DNA of 63,218 nucleotides, filler included, from Kipferlia bialata (Eukaryota), in the NCBI GenBank assembly GCA_003568945.1. It is 5 parts of 5 records of this genome, joined end to end, with 100 filler letters (N's around TTAATTAATTAA, not from the genome) between each part and the next. Parts side by side here need not be neighbours in the genome. Positions count along the whole stretch, not along the records: positions 18,298 to 36,463 come from BDIP01000489.1; positions 36,564 to 54,720 come from BDIP01000490.1; 3 more parts are not named here. One strand, given 5' to 3'. This document shows, piece by piece, positions 24,478 through 36,707 of the stretch; position 1 is the stretch's first letter; each line of letters opens with the position of its first letter. The notes beneath the pieces were generated by a model that had not been told where the DNA came from, ran no database searches, and saw nothing but the letters and a program-made list of their open reading frames with translations. Position numbers and translations under genes: made by a program.

Positions 24478-26984
24478 CTACTCTGGGCTACCGGGAATGA
24501 ACGCTGCAGTCATGAGGTCCAGTTGCTGGCGTGAGGCACAGGACACCGTGAGATATGTCAGAGAGATGTCACCAGTGTACAGTCCCAAGAGTACCTTCTT
24601 CCACTGCTTCTGCTGCTTCTTGAGTGCCTTTCTGCTCTTCTCCTTGTGCTCTGCCAGCTCAGTCTCCACCCTCTCCTTCTCACACCTGGCATAAGGGGGG
24701 GGGAGTGCTTGTCAATACAAAAAAATAGTTAGGGGATTCCAGTGGTAGCAACGTCAAAGTTGACACATCAGCTTATGATACATAGAGATACGGTAGTATC
24801 CCAATGACACCCGTACTTGAAGAAGCTGAGCTGTAGGAGCACCCCAGCCCCTCGGACCTTGTGGCCCTGGGGGTCAGAGTGAAGGTGGTAGAGGGTAGGG
24901 TAGATAGTACACACCAGTAAGTGTAAGTGGCCAATATGCGAAACGGTGAATACTACTGCGTACAGCCCGTGTCAACCCACCTCTATGTCTGCCAGCACCA
25001 TGGACAGTCTGTTGCCACTCTGGAAGGCAGCATCCTTCCACTCCTCCCTCTCCCTCTCCCTCTCCTCGTGCAGGGCAGCCAGGGTCTGGTGTGAATGGAC
25101 TAGGGGAAGAGGCCAGAGAGACGCATAGCTAGATGATTGTACAGTAGATGACCATAAACTGACACAAGGAACTCACCTCCTTCTCTCTAGCCAAGGCCAC
25201 CTGCCTCTCTCTCTCCCTCTCCGCTGCCCTGGCATCCTCCTCCTCCATCTGCTTGAAGGCCAGGTATCCCTTCTCTCTCTCCACCTCGTCCCTGATCTCA
25301 GCCTCCCTCCTCGCACTCTCTGCCTCCTGCTCTGCCAGACATGTCTGCAGACGAAGCTCAGCGGCCTGGGAGTGAGAGCAAGAGACGGTACAAAATGTGT
25401 GCTTGACTGCCAGAGACTGTGGCCCACAGTATATACAATCAAATGTGACGGATGCTGTACCTCCTCTAGGTCCCTCAGTGCCTGTGCTGCCCTGGCTGTC
25501 TCCTCCTCTCTCTCTCTCTCTGTCTCTCTCTGGATGGTCTGAATCTGGATGTTAGGTGGACACATGAGAGGGAGAGTACAGAAGGTAATACTCCCGTAAC
25601 CAAGAATACCCCAGTGTGACTACCCCCACCCCACCTGTCTCTGTGCCTCTGCTCTCTTGTGTGCCAGGGTCACCACCTCCACACACAGCTTGGACATCAG
25701 GTCCTCATACATAGCACACCGAGCAGACTGGGCAAAGGCCTGAGTGAGATATAGGCACCATTCAGATTGGATATAGAGAGGCACCGCCACTAATTGCACA
25801 ACACAACCACACATATCCCCCACCTTTGACGCGTACTCTGCCACCTGTCTCTCGGCCATCTTGCGGTCGGCATTGGCAGCCTGGCAGTGAGAACACGAGG
25901 GAGGTGTACTATAACTGTCATCTACTGCCATGTAACCAGACCAGTATGTAGAGAATATAACACCCGGCAAGCATCCCCCACACCTTGAGGTCTGCGCCCA
26001 GCTTGAGCACCAGCGAGTCCGTGATGTGGTGCCTCTCCCCCTGGGTGATGTCCTGGGGCAGGTCCATGTCGATGGACAGAGAGGTCAGGAGCGAGGTGAC
26101 GCGGGAGTAGTGGGACAGAGCGCTGTCTGTCCCAGGTGTGTCATCGGCAGAGGTCTCGACGTCAGAGTTGGGCGCACCCTCCTCCTGCATGTCGGATATA
26201 CCCACTCCAGAGTCACTCTCACAGGGCACAGGGGCTCCGTCTGTTGGACGCAGTGTGTGTGGGACGGTGGGGGTGATGGCACTAAAGGTCAGAGTGGTCA
26301 CTGTCAATACATCAGTATTGGGGGGGGGGCGGGCAGACAGAGAGGGACAGAGAGACACACAGAGAGAGAGAGACTACGAGAGTATCCCACCTGAGTGTCC
26401 TAGTGAGGGTGGGCACCCCAGACAGACTGGACAGACCAGAGGCACAGGAGGAGGGGGTGTCGGCATCAGCCACAGGGCACATGGCCACTGTACCTTGGGT
26501 CTCTGGAGACACCCCAGCGGTGCCTACACCTAACTCTGGGGTGTCACCCTTGGCCGTGAGGGTCTCAGTCTCAGGTGTGACATGCAGATCTGACACCCCA
26601 AGGCCAGACCCCCCAGAGAGGGATGGGGTGGCGACAGGACACACAGCCCCTGGGATAGACGGTGTCTCGAAGGCAGAATGGGCCTCCTCCGAAGGGACAG
26701 TGGGTACAGGCCTGGAGGTATCTGATGGTGAGTGAGCTGAATGGCTATATAGCTATTTGACACACAGGAGGAATATGTGAGTGGAGGAGGGTAGAACATC
26801 CTTCACTGGATGTAGTTTGAAACTGAGTGACCATACTGTCAGTGAACCAAAGGACATATGATAGTGGGCATACGCCTAGTGGGTATGGATGTCACTCACC
26901 CAGGGTTCGCTTTGCAAGTGGGCCACTGGCCAGGAGCACAGTTGGGGTAGCTACCTCGGCACGAAACCGCTTGCTGGGGGCCAT
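24478..26984 (-). CDS. Hypothetical protein: low-complexity N-terminus plus long coiled coil, about 10 exons
   Basis: In-frame exons run from MAPSKRFRAEVATP through E/R/A-rich heptad-like segments (IQTIQRETEREREEETARAAQALRDLEE) to ...DLMTAAFIPGSPE*. Confidence 0.65.
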
Positions 26985-27343
26985 TGCAGGTCAATGTTGT
27001 GCTCAAAGACTAGGTTCACTGTCGCAGCCCTTACGGACACTGGAGGGATGGCGTGGCTATAGCAGTGGCGTTAACAATACAGGTGGCAGTGCGCGGACGT
27101 TGTTGGGATCTGTGAGTCTTGTGCTCAAGTGGGTCATCCGAAGAGAGGAGCTAGGACATTCTCTCAGGGCTGTCTCACTGGGCAAAAGTGTGACGAGCTT
27201 TGCGGCTCAAGGTTTTTGGTTAAATAAACCCTTTTCGGCTTCTACACCCTTTTCCAAGTTTCTTGCCATCTTTCTGAGAATGGCTACTCAGTCTTCTTTG
27301 TGCACTTTAGTCAGCCTTACACACTTGGTAAAGACATACGGGC

Positions 27344-29649
27344 ATGCAAAGGCGCCAAGGGAGAGGCCGTGGGCAGAGCCAGGCGCAGCATGATGGGTTT
27401 GAGGCTGAGATCAGCTCCCAGATGCAGGTGAGTGATAACAGTTATTTGTCAGTGGGTAGGATGAATACTGGGATCCCTCACACCAGGCCACAGAGGCTGC
27501 GTTCTTGCTGAGGCAGATTGCCACTAGGGCAAGGCTGAGACTTCTAGCCCGTAAGGCATGTGGGCTATAGCGTTCATAGAGCTGTCTGCTTCCTTGACTG
27601 TACTCTATATGTGGTATACATGGACCCCCAGTCACCCCAGGGAGAACCACTCGATGTATTTGCTCGGCTGGGAGCTGGTATTCGCCACAGGACTGCGGCT
27701 GGTGTGGGACACAAGCTGTGTGAGGCCATTGCATCTGTAGGTACGGTGGTTGTATATATATATATACACCAACACAGATAGTGCACTCAGTATATGGTGG
27801 TGCATGGTAGATACTTCTGAGAGTTATCGATATGAATGTGGTCATATCCCCCCCCCCCTCCAACCACTTACCCCAGACCTGGAGCGTGCTCTGGCTGAGC
27901 TGTGTCTCGTGCCCCTGGACCTCACAGGTCTGGAGGGCGAGGGGGGCCTGGAGGGGTTTCTCAGGTATGTGGCATGTGTGACGTCGGTATGTATAGGGCA
28001 TATCCCATAGTATGTACCCCCCCCCTTACCCCAGGAGTATGGATGCCGAGGGTGTCAAGGACGTGGCCGACTCCATCGAGCCCATCCTGGCATGTGCCAG
28101 AGACACAGGCAGTGGCAGGGGGGCAGTGGGGGGAGTGCCGGGTCTGCCGCCTCTGCAGAGTGCGTACTGGACTGCTGTGGCCGTGTACACATCCAGCGTA
28201 GGGGCAGCAGGGAGTGCCGAGGGCCTGCACCCGGCTGTTGCCCAGGCCATGACCAACGCCCTGGCCAAGCAGAGCCTGACGGACATGAGGTGCGGACAGC
28301 ATGGTGATGCTGCATGTATATAGTGACAGCCTATCAGTATACCGATCCTGTCCACTTCCCATCCCTCTCTCACCCCAGGGAGACGCTGTCCAAGATCAGA
28401 AGGGGGGCAATCACATTCTCAGACCCAGGTGGGGGAACTCTGTGTGTAAGTGTGGGACACATTTAGATATTCTATCATATCATTAATCAATCACCAATAG
28501 TATTTCTGTATCTCTATTTCGTATTCAGTGTATAGCTATGTCTGACCGCAGGGTATGACAGTGTGGTTGGGGACCATGTGGCCTGTGCCGCAGCCAAGGT
28601 AAGCCAGTGAGTGCTGTTGGTATTATCCATCCCGCCTTATACTCTCCACAGTAGCATTGATACCCCCACCCCAGCTAGCCCTGTCCAAGTGGGTGGCCAG
28701 GGCCATCCAGCACGACTCAGTGATGCAGGGCGGCATCCCAGAGCTGACAGGGCCAGCCCAGACAGCAGTCGACAGGTACCAATGACCCACACACTGTACA
28801 TTGTGATACCCCCCCCCTGACCTTCCAGATGCCTTGTCCCGCCCATGAACCTGGAGGATGCACCCGAGAACAAGTGCTCTGCGGCACTCAAGGCAGGCAG
28901 GGCCATGCTCGCATCATACCAGGTGGGTCTGGGTCCGTGTGTCTATATCTATGCAACCCCTCTCACCCCAGGACCACGTCACCCTGGCTGAGGAGGAGGA
29001 GCTGATAGAGATCAGGGCCGAGGAGGAGGGTGTGGTGGTGGGGGCAGATGGGTCTGAGCGGGTGAGGCCTGTTCATATTGCCAGGGTCATCATGGGAGTG
29101 GACTGGAACCAGTACAACAAGGCCCACTACACAAAGTGAGTGGGGGTGGTGATATTAAGACATTTGATACTACTTCTGCTTCTCTATACCCCTGACCTGG
29201 CCTTCTTACCAACCAGGGAGAACCCCCCACCCAAGGTGGTGCGTGGGTACCGCTTTGCTGTGTTCCTGCCCAACCTGGACAGAGAGGCCATGGGGAGGAG
29301 GACACCCAGGTGTGCGGCTTGACATGTAATCCTGTCACTCTTGGACTAGTTCTCTCACATATATATACATATGCGCTCTAACCCTAGCTGGAGCATCCTG
29401 GAGAGGGGAGACGATTCCGAGAACACGCACCTGCTGTGCTTCAAGACTGGCCCCCCCTATGCCCCCATTGTGTTTGAGATTGTCAGGAAGCAGTGGGTGA
29501 AGGGAGCCAGGTGAGACAGATGTGTGTATTGGGTATATGTTCAGCCACCCTCTCTCCGCCTCACCCTCAGGTCTGGCTTCCGGAGTGAGTGGAGGGACAA
29601 CACCCTCTTCCTCGACTTCAACCTCAGATACATCTCGTACAAGAGGTAG
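27344..29649 (+). CDS. CACTIN: Cactin (spliceosome C*/P complex factor)
   Basis: The C-terminus RVIMGVDWNQYNKAHYTKENPPPKVVRGYRFAVFLPNL...LLCFKTGPPYAPIVFEIVRKQW...GFRSEWRDNTLFLDFNLRYISYKR* matches the cactin C-terminal consensus (RVxTGFEWNKYNQTHY..DNPPPKIVQGYKFNIFYPDL..AGPPYEDIAF). The N-terminal EAAFLLRQIATRARLRL..GEPLDVFA matches the cactin mid domain. Confidence 0.9.
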
Positions 29650-29851
29650 ACGGGTACAGCAGGGTGTGCTGCAGGCATAAAGATAGTTACCCCTTCGGAC
29701 AGGTCATTCAGTCATTATATTGTCACCTAGATTCATTTGGAGTGAGCATTATAGTATAAACATATGTGAATAAGACTGTCAGACACGTTCATGTGCTGGT
29801 CTATTGAGTCAACGCTGTCCATGGCACTCTTCAAGTGCCCAGGTGGCACCT

Positions 29852-31079
29852 CTACCCCGTGACCCCCCCCAGCACCTGTGCCTCCACTCTAACTGTGACA
29901 TCGGACACCCATGCGGCAGTCTCCTCAGACACAAACACAGGGTTGGCACCCGCAGTCCGGCGGTTGGCCTGGGGTGAGGGGAGAGAAAGGGTGCATGTCA
30001 TACATAATAATATCCGCATAGATTTATGCACTCCCACCCACCTGCTCCTTGATGGAACTGAACCGGCCCTCGATCTCCTGGGGGTTAGGGAGAGATATAG
30101 GCAGCAAATACATGTACATGTGATAGACCAGAGCCCTACCTTGGTGAATCCGTCATAGACACTAGGCATGGACTGAAGGGCCTGGTATAGGGCAGCTACC
30201 TTCGGTAAGGAAAGGGAACATGGAGGCACTCAATGAGAAGGATCTCCTAGATCTGTCACTGTCTACTGTGTATATGTATGTATGTGTGTGTATGCATGCG
30301 TACCTGGTAGGGCAGGTACTTGTGTGTGGGCATGTCCAGTCCACCCCTGAGGGCACGGGCATAGTCCAGAACCTGGCAGGGAGAGAGGGGTTCACACAGA
30401 GAAGGGAGAGAAGAGTAGACAGAGAGAGAGACAGAGAGAGAGACAGCACCCACCTTGTTCCTCTGAGCTGTCTTGATGAGAGGGTGTCCCTCCCTGGGAG
30501 GGGGGCACTCCACACCCACAGCCCGGCACACAGTGGGGAACCTAGGGGGAGAGAGAGAGAGAGCTAAAAGACATCACAGTCAACCCCCACAGGTAATAGT
30601 GATATATATCCCGGGCAGCCACTGTCACACCCCTGCCTAGTTAATGCCCTGCCCCACCTGTTTCTGAGTGATGTGCCTAGTGCCCTCTCCAGTGCCTGGT
30701 GGGACTCAATCCCAAACATGGCCAAGTCTAGGGCAGACAGGGGGACGCCGCTCTTCATCATGGTCTGGGGTGGGGCAGGGGGGGGGAGATGGGAGTGGGG
30801 GCCGTTAGTTGAAAGTTGGAGGGGTATGAGGAGAGAGAGAGAGAGAGTCTATATACATATGGCTCTGAGCTTACATACCTCCAATGCATGCAGTGATGCT
30901 GTGGTAGTGTGTCCACCAGAGGTGGGTCCATGAAGCTGACAGGTAACTGGGTCAGAGAGATACAAGTAGTAGCTGTAGACAGTGGCATCAGCATATATAG
31001 CACTCCATGACTGTGTGTCACCTGGTCTGGCCAGACACGGCAGATAGGGCCGCAGCGTCACAAGGGGACCTCCAGACAT
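29852..31079 (-). CDS. Hypothetical protein, about 8 exons
   Basis: Regular short exons with YTNACCCCAG acceptors run from MSGGPLVTLRPYLP to ...VEAQVLGGVTG*. No family was recognised. Confidence 0.6.
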
Positions 31080-31397
31080 CTCAGTAGACTTGTGTGTGTG
31101 TGGGTGTGTGTGCAAACAATGTGGCTGAAGCCAAAGGTGAAAGAGAAGGTGACACTCTTTGAGTCACAGAGAAGCCCCACGCGTTTCAAACGAGTCGGAT
31201 AGAATCAGAGAGAGAGAGTGACTCCGACACTGTCAGTGACAAGAGTCAAATACCACGGTCTGTGTTGATCATCCATTTATTAAACACAGAACACACACAC
31301 ACACACAACACAATAAATACTGATCACATAAGGTAACAGTGAGTAACAATTCTGAATAACGATTGACGAACACCTCTCTCTCTCTCTCTCTCTCTCT

Positions 31398-33425
31398 CTA
31401 CCTCTGGCCTGCCCTTGCACTAACGGCAGCCACAGCATCCAGGACGTCCCCTCCCTCGACCCCTGCCCACAGCATGGGACGGGCCTGGGGTGGGGCAGAG
31501 GGGGATCGATATAACACATAGGATATAGTATTGTATATATATATATATGCATCTGCTGCCCCCACCTCCTCTATGACCTGCTCCACCGCCCTGTCCGACG
31601 CATGGCTAGACACTGCGGCCAGGGCATCGCCCAGAGGGGTCTCATACCTAGGGGGTCAGAGAGGGAGGGGGTATGGTCTGAGTCAGTACTAGGCCTAGTG
31701 TATATATGTGTGTACCTCTGCCCCCCTATGAAGTGTGACACATGGGAAGCACCACAGGCCTCAAGGGTCTTGAGAGCGGTCAGGAATCCTCTGGGATATA
31801 AGGGTGATGTACGTGGGTCAAAAGGAAATCAGAGTGGAAACATCTCCCTAGTGCAAATAGTAAGGTATTCTACATGCTATATGGTATACGCCCCGAACCT
31901 TCCGACGTGCTCAGGTCTGTGGGCATCAGAGGATAGGACCAGGGGGATGCCACGCTCCACTGCTGCCCTGGGGTGAGGGAGAGGGAGGGGGTGAGAGTGA
32001 GAGTGAGAGATAGATGAAGGGGACCTCTTCGTCCAGACACCCCACATGCCCCCCTAACCTGATGATGGGCTCCGATGGGAAGTGGTCCTTGAACCCCTTG
32101 GCGACCGATGATGTGTTGATCTCCACAGCCACCCCAGCGGCCTTGATGGCGTCAAGACAGGTCAGGACATGTCTAGGGGTCAAGGGAGAGGATATACACA
32201 CATAATGTATAGGTATCAGAGTTAATATATCCATGATACTGAGTATGGTAGCGATAGTCCCGCACCTGAAGTGTGCATCCTCAGGTGTCAGAGTGAAGTC
32301 GCGGTGGCCAATGGATATCATCCTGGGGGTGAGCATATTCAAATGATGAATAATAAATAATACAATCTGTGCCACACAGTATCTCTCTCGCTCCCACCCT
32401 CTGTACCTGAATCTTATGAAGTCAAGGTGGGCCATCACATTGAAGAGACCGGAGGAGGCAGCCTCACCAACCTGTGCGTGAGAGATAATGGTTGTGGTCA
32501 AACACTTATGCAGACATAGAGAAAGAGAGAGGGAACACCGGACACACCTGGGAGAAGTATGCCTCTACACACCCATCCACATCTAGGGCACGCAGCCTGG
32601 GGGTGAGAGAGATATGGATACATATATATGGAGAGCACACTACTCATGACATGACATCTGACACGCACCTTGCCTGCTCCTCGGGCTGGTTGAAGTGGAC
32701 GCTGCCCAGCACACAGTCAAGGCATGGGGTGAGGGGGGGGGGGAGGGGCAGGGTATGGACTGTGTACCTCCAGGTTGAATGTGGTTGTGATGTCTGGGTA
32801 CATCTGTGCACACAGCTCTCTCTCCCTAGCTACCACATCCACAAACGAAGGCCACTCCTCCATGGTCATCCTGAGGTGGGGGGGGGGATAACAGAGGGTG
32901 CAATTAGATACAAACACACCTGTGCTTGTAGTCGTACTGCTCCGGCATGGGACAGTGGCAACACATGGCAACTGAGTGTAAGAGGGAGCAGAACAGGGGC
33001 AGTGAGTGTACGAAAGAGATGTGACCGTCACACACAGGGAAACAGCCAACATACAGGAGAAACAGCAAGGGAATATGGTAGCAGCTCGAATGCCAATGTG
33101 AGAACACTTCACAAGGATGTATGGCGGAGGAGGACACTTGGAGAGTAACAGTCAGAAATGTAGATATCCACTCATACGTTCAGACCCGATTTCATCCATA
33201 GAGCATGAAATTTGCATATGTGTGGCTGTACAATATCATCATGCATGGGATGACGATCAGCTGCCGCAGGGGAAGTAAGGACAGCCACTACACTAGGTAT
33301 ATTTGATCTCACGTAATCTCACCTCCCTTCAGCCCACGGGCATTTGCTGCAGCAACCACTGCACGTGGCATGTAAAGAGCTGCATGACGGCAGAACAGTG
33401 TGTGTGTGTGTGTGTCAAAGACCAT
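31398..33425 (-). CDS. PHP-domain histidinol-phosphate phosphatase, HisJ/HisK family
   Basis: The PHP metal motifs appear in order: MVFDTHTHTLFCRHA, GLKGVAMCCHCP, FNLE, DCVLGSVHF, FNVMAHLDFIR, AVEINTSS, FPSEPII and SSDAHRPEHVG. One junction near 32717-32770 is anomalous. Confidence 0.85.
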
Positions 33426-33613
33426 TGCCTTGGTGGAGAGCACAACACATGGAATCCTAGTTGATTGGTTCATCAATCAAAAACTCTACACCCTTTGGTG
33501 TTTCTGCTTCCACTCTATCTACACCCTTTGCCATCGGTCGAGTGACTGTACAGTTAGCTACACATCGTCCTTTCTACCCCAAATACGACCCCACAGCAAC
33601 ACTCACGGTCGCA

Positions 33614-34283
33614 ATGGGAGACGTACGTATAGTTCTATAGCTTTTATAGGTTCCTGGTGCCTCTAACCCCCTAGATTTTCAGCATGAATGGCTCTGCCAT
33701 TGTTGGCATGGCCGGCAAGGACAGTGTGGCCATTGCTACTGATCTCCGCTACGGCAACAGCTACCAGACGATAGGAACGAATATGAGGAAGGTTTTCAGG
33801 CTGTCAGACAACCTGATGGTGGCCCTGGGAGGCCTTGCCACTGACATCCAGACCCTGTCTGCCAAGCTGAGGTTCCGTGTCAACCTATACGAGCTGGAGG
33901 AGAAGCGCCCAATGTCCCCCAAGGTGGCCACTCGCATGCTGTCGCAGCTGCTGTACAAGCACCGGTTTGGCCCATTCTTTGTGTCCCCTATTGTGGCTGG
34001 ACTGTCCAAGGAGGGGGAGCCCTGGGTGGCCTCCATGGACTCCATCGGAGCTGTGTCGGATGTGGATGCTTACTACTCGGAGGGGACTGCTGCTGAGACC
34101 CTCATGGGTGCTTGTGAGACATACTGGAAGGAGGATATGACCCCAGAGCAGCTGGGTGGGACTGTGGAGAGGGTTATCCAGGCTGGTATGGGTAGGGATG
34201 CATTCAGTGGATGGGGTGCAGAGGTGTGGCTCCTCACATCCGAGGGACTGGAGGTGCGGGAGGTGAAGACAAGGCAGGATTAA
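33614..34283 (+). CDS. PSMB3: 20S proteasome subunit beta type-3
   Basis: Exon 1 encodes MGD (33614-33622), followed by an intron at 33623-33674. Exon 2 reads IFSMNGSAIVGMAGKDSVAIATDLRYG...GLATDIQT...LLYKHRFGPFFVSPIVAGL...GRDAFSGWG...KTRQD*, the PSMB3/PUP3 signature. Confidence 0.95.
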
Positions 34284-34715
34284 TTAGATTGACTCGCAGG
34301 GTCACCTGCCAGTATCCAGTCATTTATTCATTTCTTCTGTGTCACATAGGTTATGTGTATGGTGGGTTCTCTTGGACCCCGATACAGGGACAGACTGGAA
34401 GAGAATTATTGAATGTATATCATTTCCAGTATTCCGTACTGTGACTCGCAGTGTGTAAGAAAATTATAATAACGTGAGGCTATGCATGTGCAAGCTATCC
34501 CGCTCCCGATACTGAAACCTGAGAGAGTCCCTTACTTGAAACCACCCAATGGGAGAGAGGGAAGACCTCTTTAAGAACTATTATAGAGGAAATGCGACAG
34601 ACAGTCATAAGAATATAAGGCAAAATGCAGAGAGCCACCGAAACCACACAGCAAACACCATAACAAATCCAATCCGACACTTACATCATTTTGAATCTAT
34701 TAAAGACTCAACACA

Positions 34716-34913
34716 TTAACGAAGGCGCTTAGCCTCACGCTCAGTCTCCATGAGAGCGAGGTAGTCGTTGACGCGCACGGGTCCGATAACGTTACGGATG
34801 ATGGTACGGTTGGGGTTGTCGACAATGCCAACACGGACCTGGGTGATACCTCCCCTAGAGCCAGTACGGCCGAAGATCTCAGTCACACGTGCAAGGGTAG
34901 CCTCCTCAGACAT
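34716..34913 (-). CDS. RPS28: 40S ribosomal protein S28 (eS28)
   Basis: Sequence [28 protein letters not shown]...[30 protein letters not shown]. The ATG immediately follows a CCCAG acceptor, indicating a 5' UTR intron. Confidence 0.97.
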   Translation of the reverse strand: MSEEATLARVTEIFGRTGSRGGITQVRVGIVDNPNRTIIRNVIGPVRVNDYLALMETEREAKRLR

Positions 34914-35433
34914 CTGGGAGGTAAGAACACTTAGTGAAAGACAACATAAACACCACAATCCACCAAATGGCCCTACATCATGCGCCACCATCTCAAAACG
35001 CCCCATCTCCACCCTACACACAGAACACCCACGAGCAACACTCCCCCGACCACATTACCGACCTACACACCTTGTTTCTGCTGGAACGGTACGAAAAACA
35101 GGCCCCAGTCCCATATCCCTTGGCTCGCCTCTGCTCTTCGCTACAATGTCCGATTCTCCTGTCGGAGATTGTGCTAAAAGTGAACAAATCCAAAAACTCT
35201 CGCTCAGATGCAACTCCAGATTGAGTTCTAAAAGGGTTTGTAGCAACTCGTTGGCAACGGTTGATTTTCATGCAATATCGGTTCAGCAATCGTTGCAGAG
35301 TGAACCCAACGACATTGTCAACAGTGTATAAATATCATGTGACCAGGTCTCATTCACTCTCTTTCTACCATCATACCAAACACGCATTTAGCCAGAAACA
35401 GACATTACAAAGGGTCACAGTGGATATCTGCCC

Positions 35434-36392
35434 ATGGAAAGGGAGTCTGAGATGCAGTTGACTCTACTCTTCTTTCCTTCAGTGATTCCCCCGCTCTCTG
35501 TAACACTTGAGGGGACAGACACTGTCGGTGACATTAGGAGTGCGGTGAGTCATATTCGGTAATCCAGCACTACTAAATAGTCATCCAAGCAGTGTAACCA
35601 CAGCACAAGCGGCATATCATTGTCAGTAATTCGGTTCACTGTGTATGGCTGTGACTATAATGACAGATGATGCTCATGTTCAGGCCTTAAATGCTCTTCC
35701 TGCCGACCACCAACGCGTGAGGGTAGTGTTTGAGGGTCGTCCACTGACTGATACTGAGGCAACTCTGGAAGCTGTCCATATGAGGTCGGGCGAATTGTTC
35801 TTAGAGTGTGTTCCCACTCATTCTTCTCTTCTCACCTCAGGAACGAAGGCAATGTACACATATTTGTCCAGTCTTCCAAACCAGTCGGCGAAGGTATGTA
35901 TATTTTCCTGGTCCTCTTGATATTAGCGACTGAGTGGTTGAGAGAGAGACATATAGTGTAGACCTTAACCCCCAGCTGCAGACGGAGCAGTGGTGGAGCC
36001 TGGTCGCAACAGGGGCCTACAGACCTTTTTGGAGAGCGGTGTTGACAGGCAGAGTGTGTTGATGATGAGACTCACCCTTCTGGCCAGGACTGGGTACCTC
36101 ACGGAGGAGCAGGTACAGACGTTGACTCATCGCCATTATTGTTCTGTCTTCTCTCATATTATGATTCTCACCCGCCTAGTCCTCCATCTTCAGTTCCAAC
36201 GGGGTGGTGACTGCTGTGGCCCAGTTCGAGGCACCAGGTGAGAATACAGGAATAGCTTACTCTAGCACCACACTGTGATTCGCTGTCTATTGTTTCCATG
36301 TATCGTCTGTGTCTAACATAATAGGGGAGGCACAGATAAGGACATATCTCACCCAGCACCTACCCGAGAGGTACAGAGACATTCCCGCTCAG
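35434..36392 (+). CDS. Ubiquitin-like domain protein, DSC3/DUF2407-like; truncated at contig end
   Basis: It has a Ubl pattern, DTVGDIRSA...QRVRVVFEGRPLTDTEATLEAVHM. This is followed by RGLQTFLESGVDRQSVLMMR, which resembles the Dsc3 motif RGFDRLxxxGFSxxEVxxLR. Confidence 0.55.
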
Positions 36393-36414
36393 GTATCATA
36401 TGTTTGTATTTCTC

Positions 36415-36463
<49 letters not shown>

Positions 36464-36707
36464 NNNNNNNNNNNNNNNNNNNNNNNNNNNNNNNNNNNNN
36501 NNNNNNNTTAATTAATTAANNNNNNNNNNNNNNNNNNNNNNNNNNNNNNNNNNNNNNNNNNNNATAATCGTTATTCTATATAGAATACGGCATTATTCTA
36601 TATTTTTGAAAGCCTATAATAGTGTAGTGTGTTTGATTGAATATATACTTATTATATTGTATATATATTCAATATTTTATTGTATATATATGTATCATTA
36701 ACCCCAG

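Noticed and set aside
34768..35331. 187-aa plus-strand ORF and similar antisense ORFs throughout the window
   Set aside because: They are shadows of real genes on the opposite strand (RPS28 here) or microsatellite translations (YIYI, LSLS).
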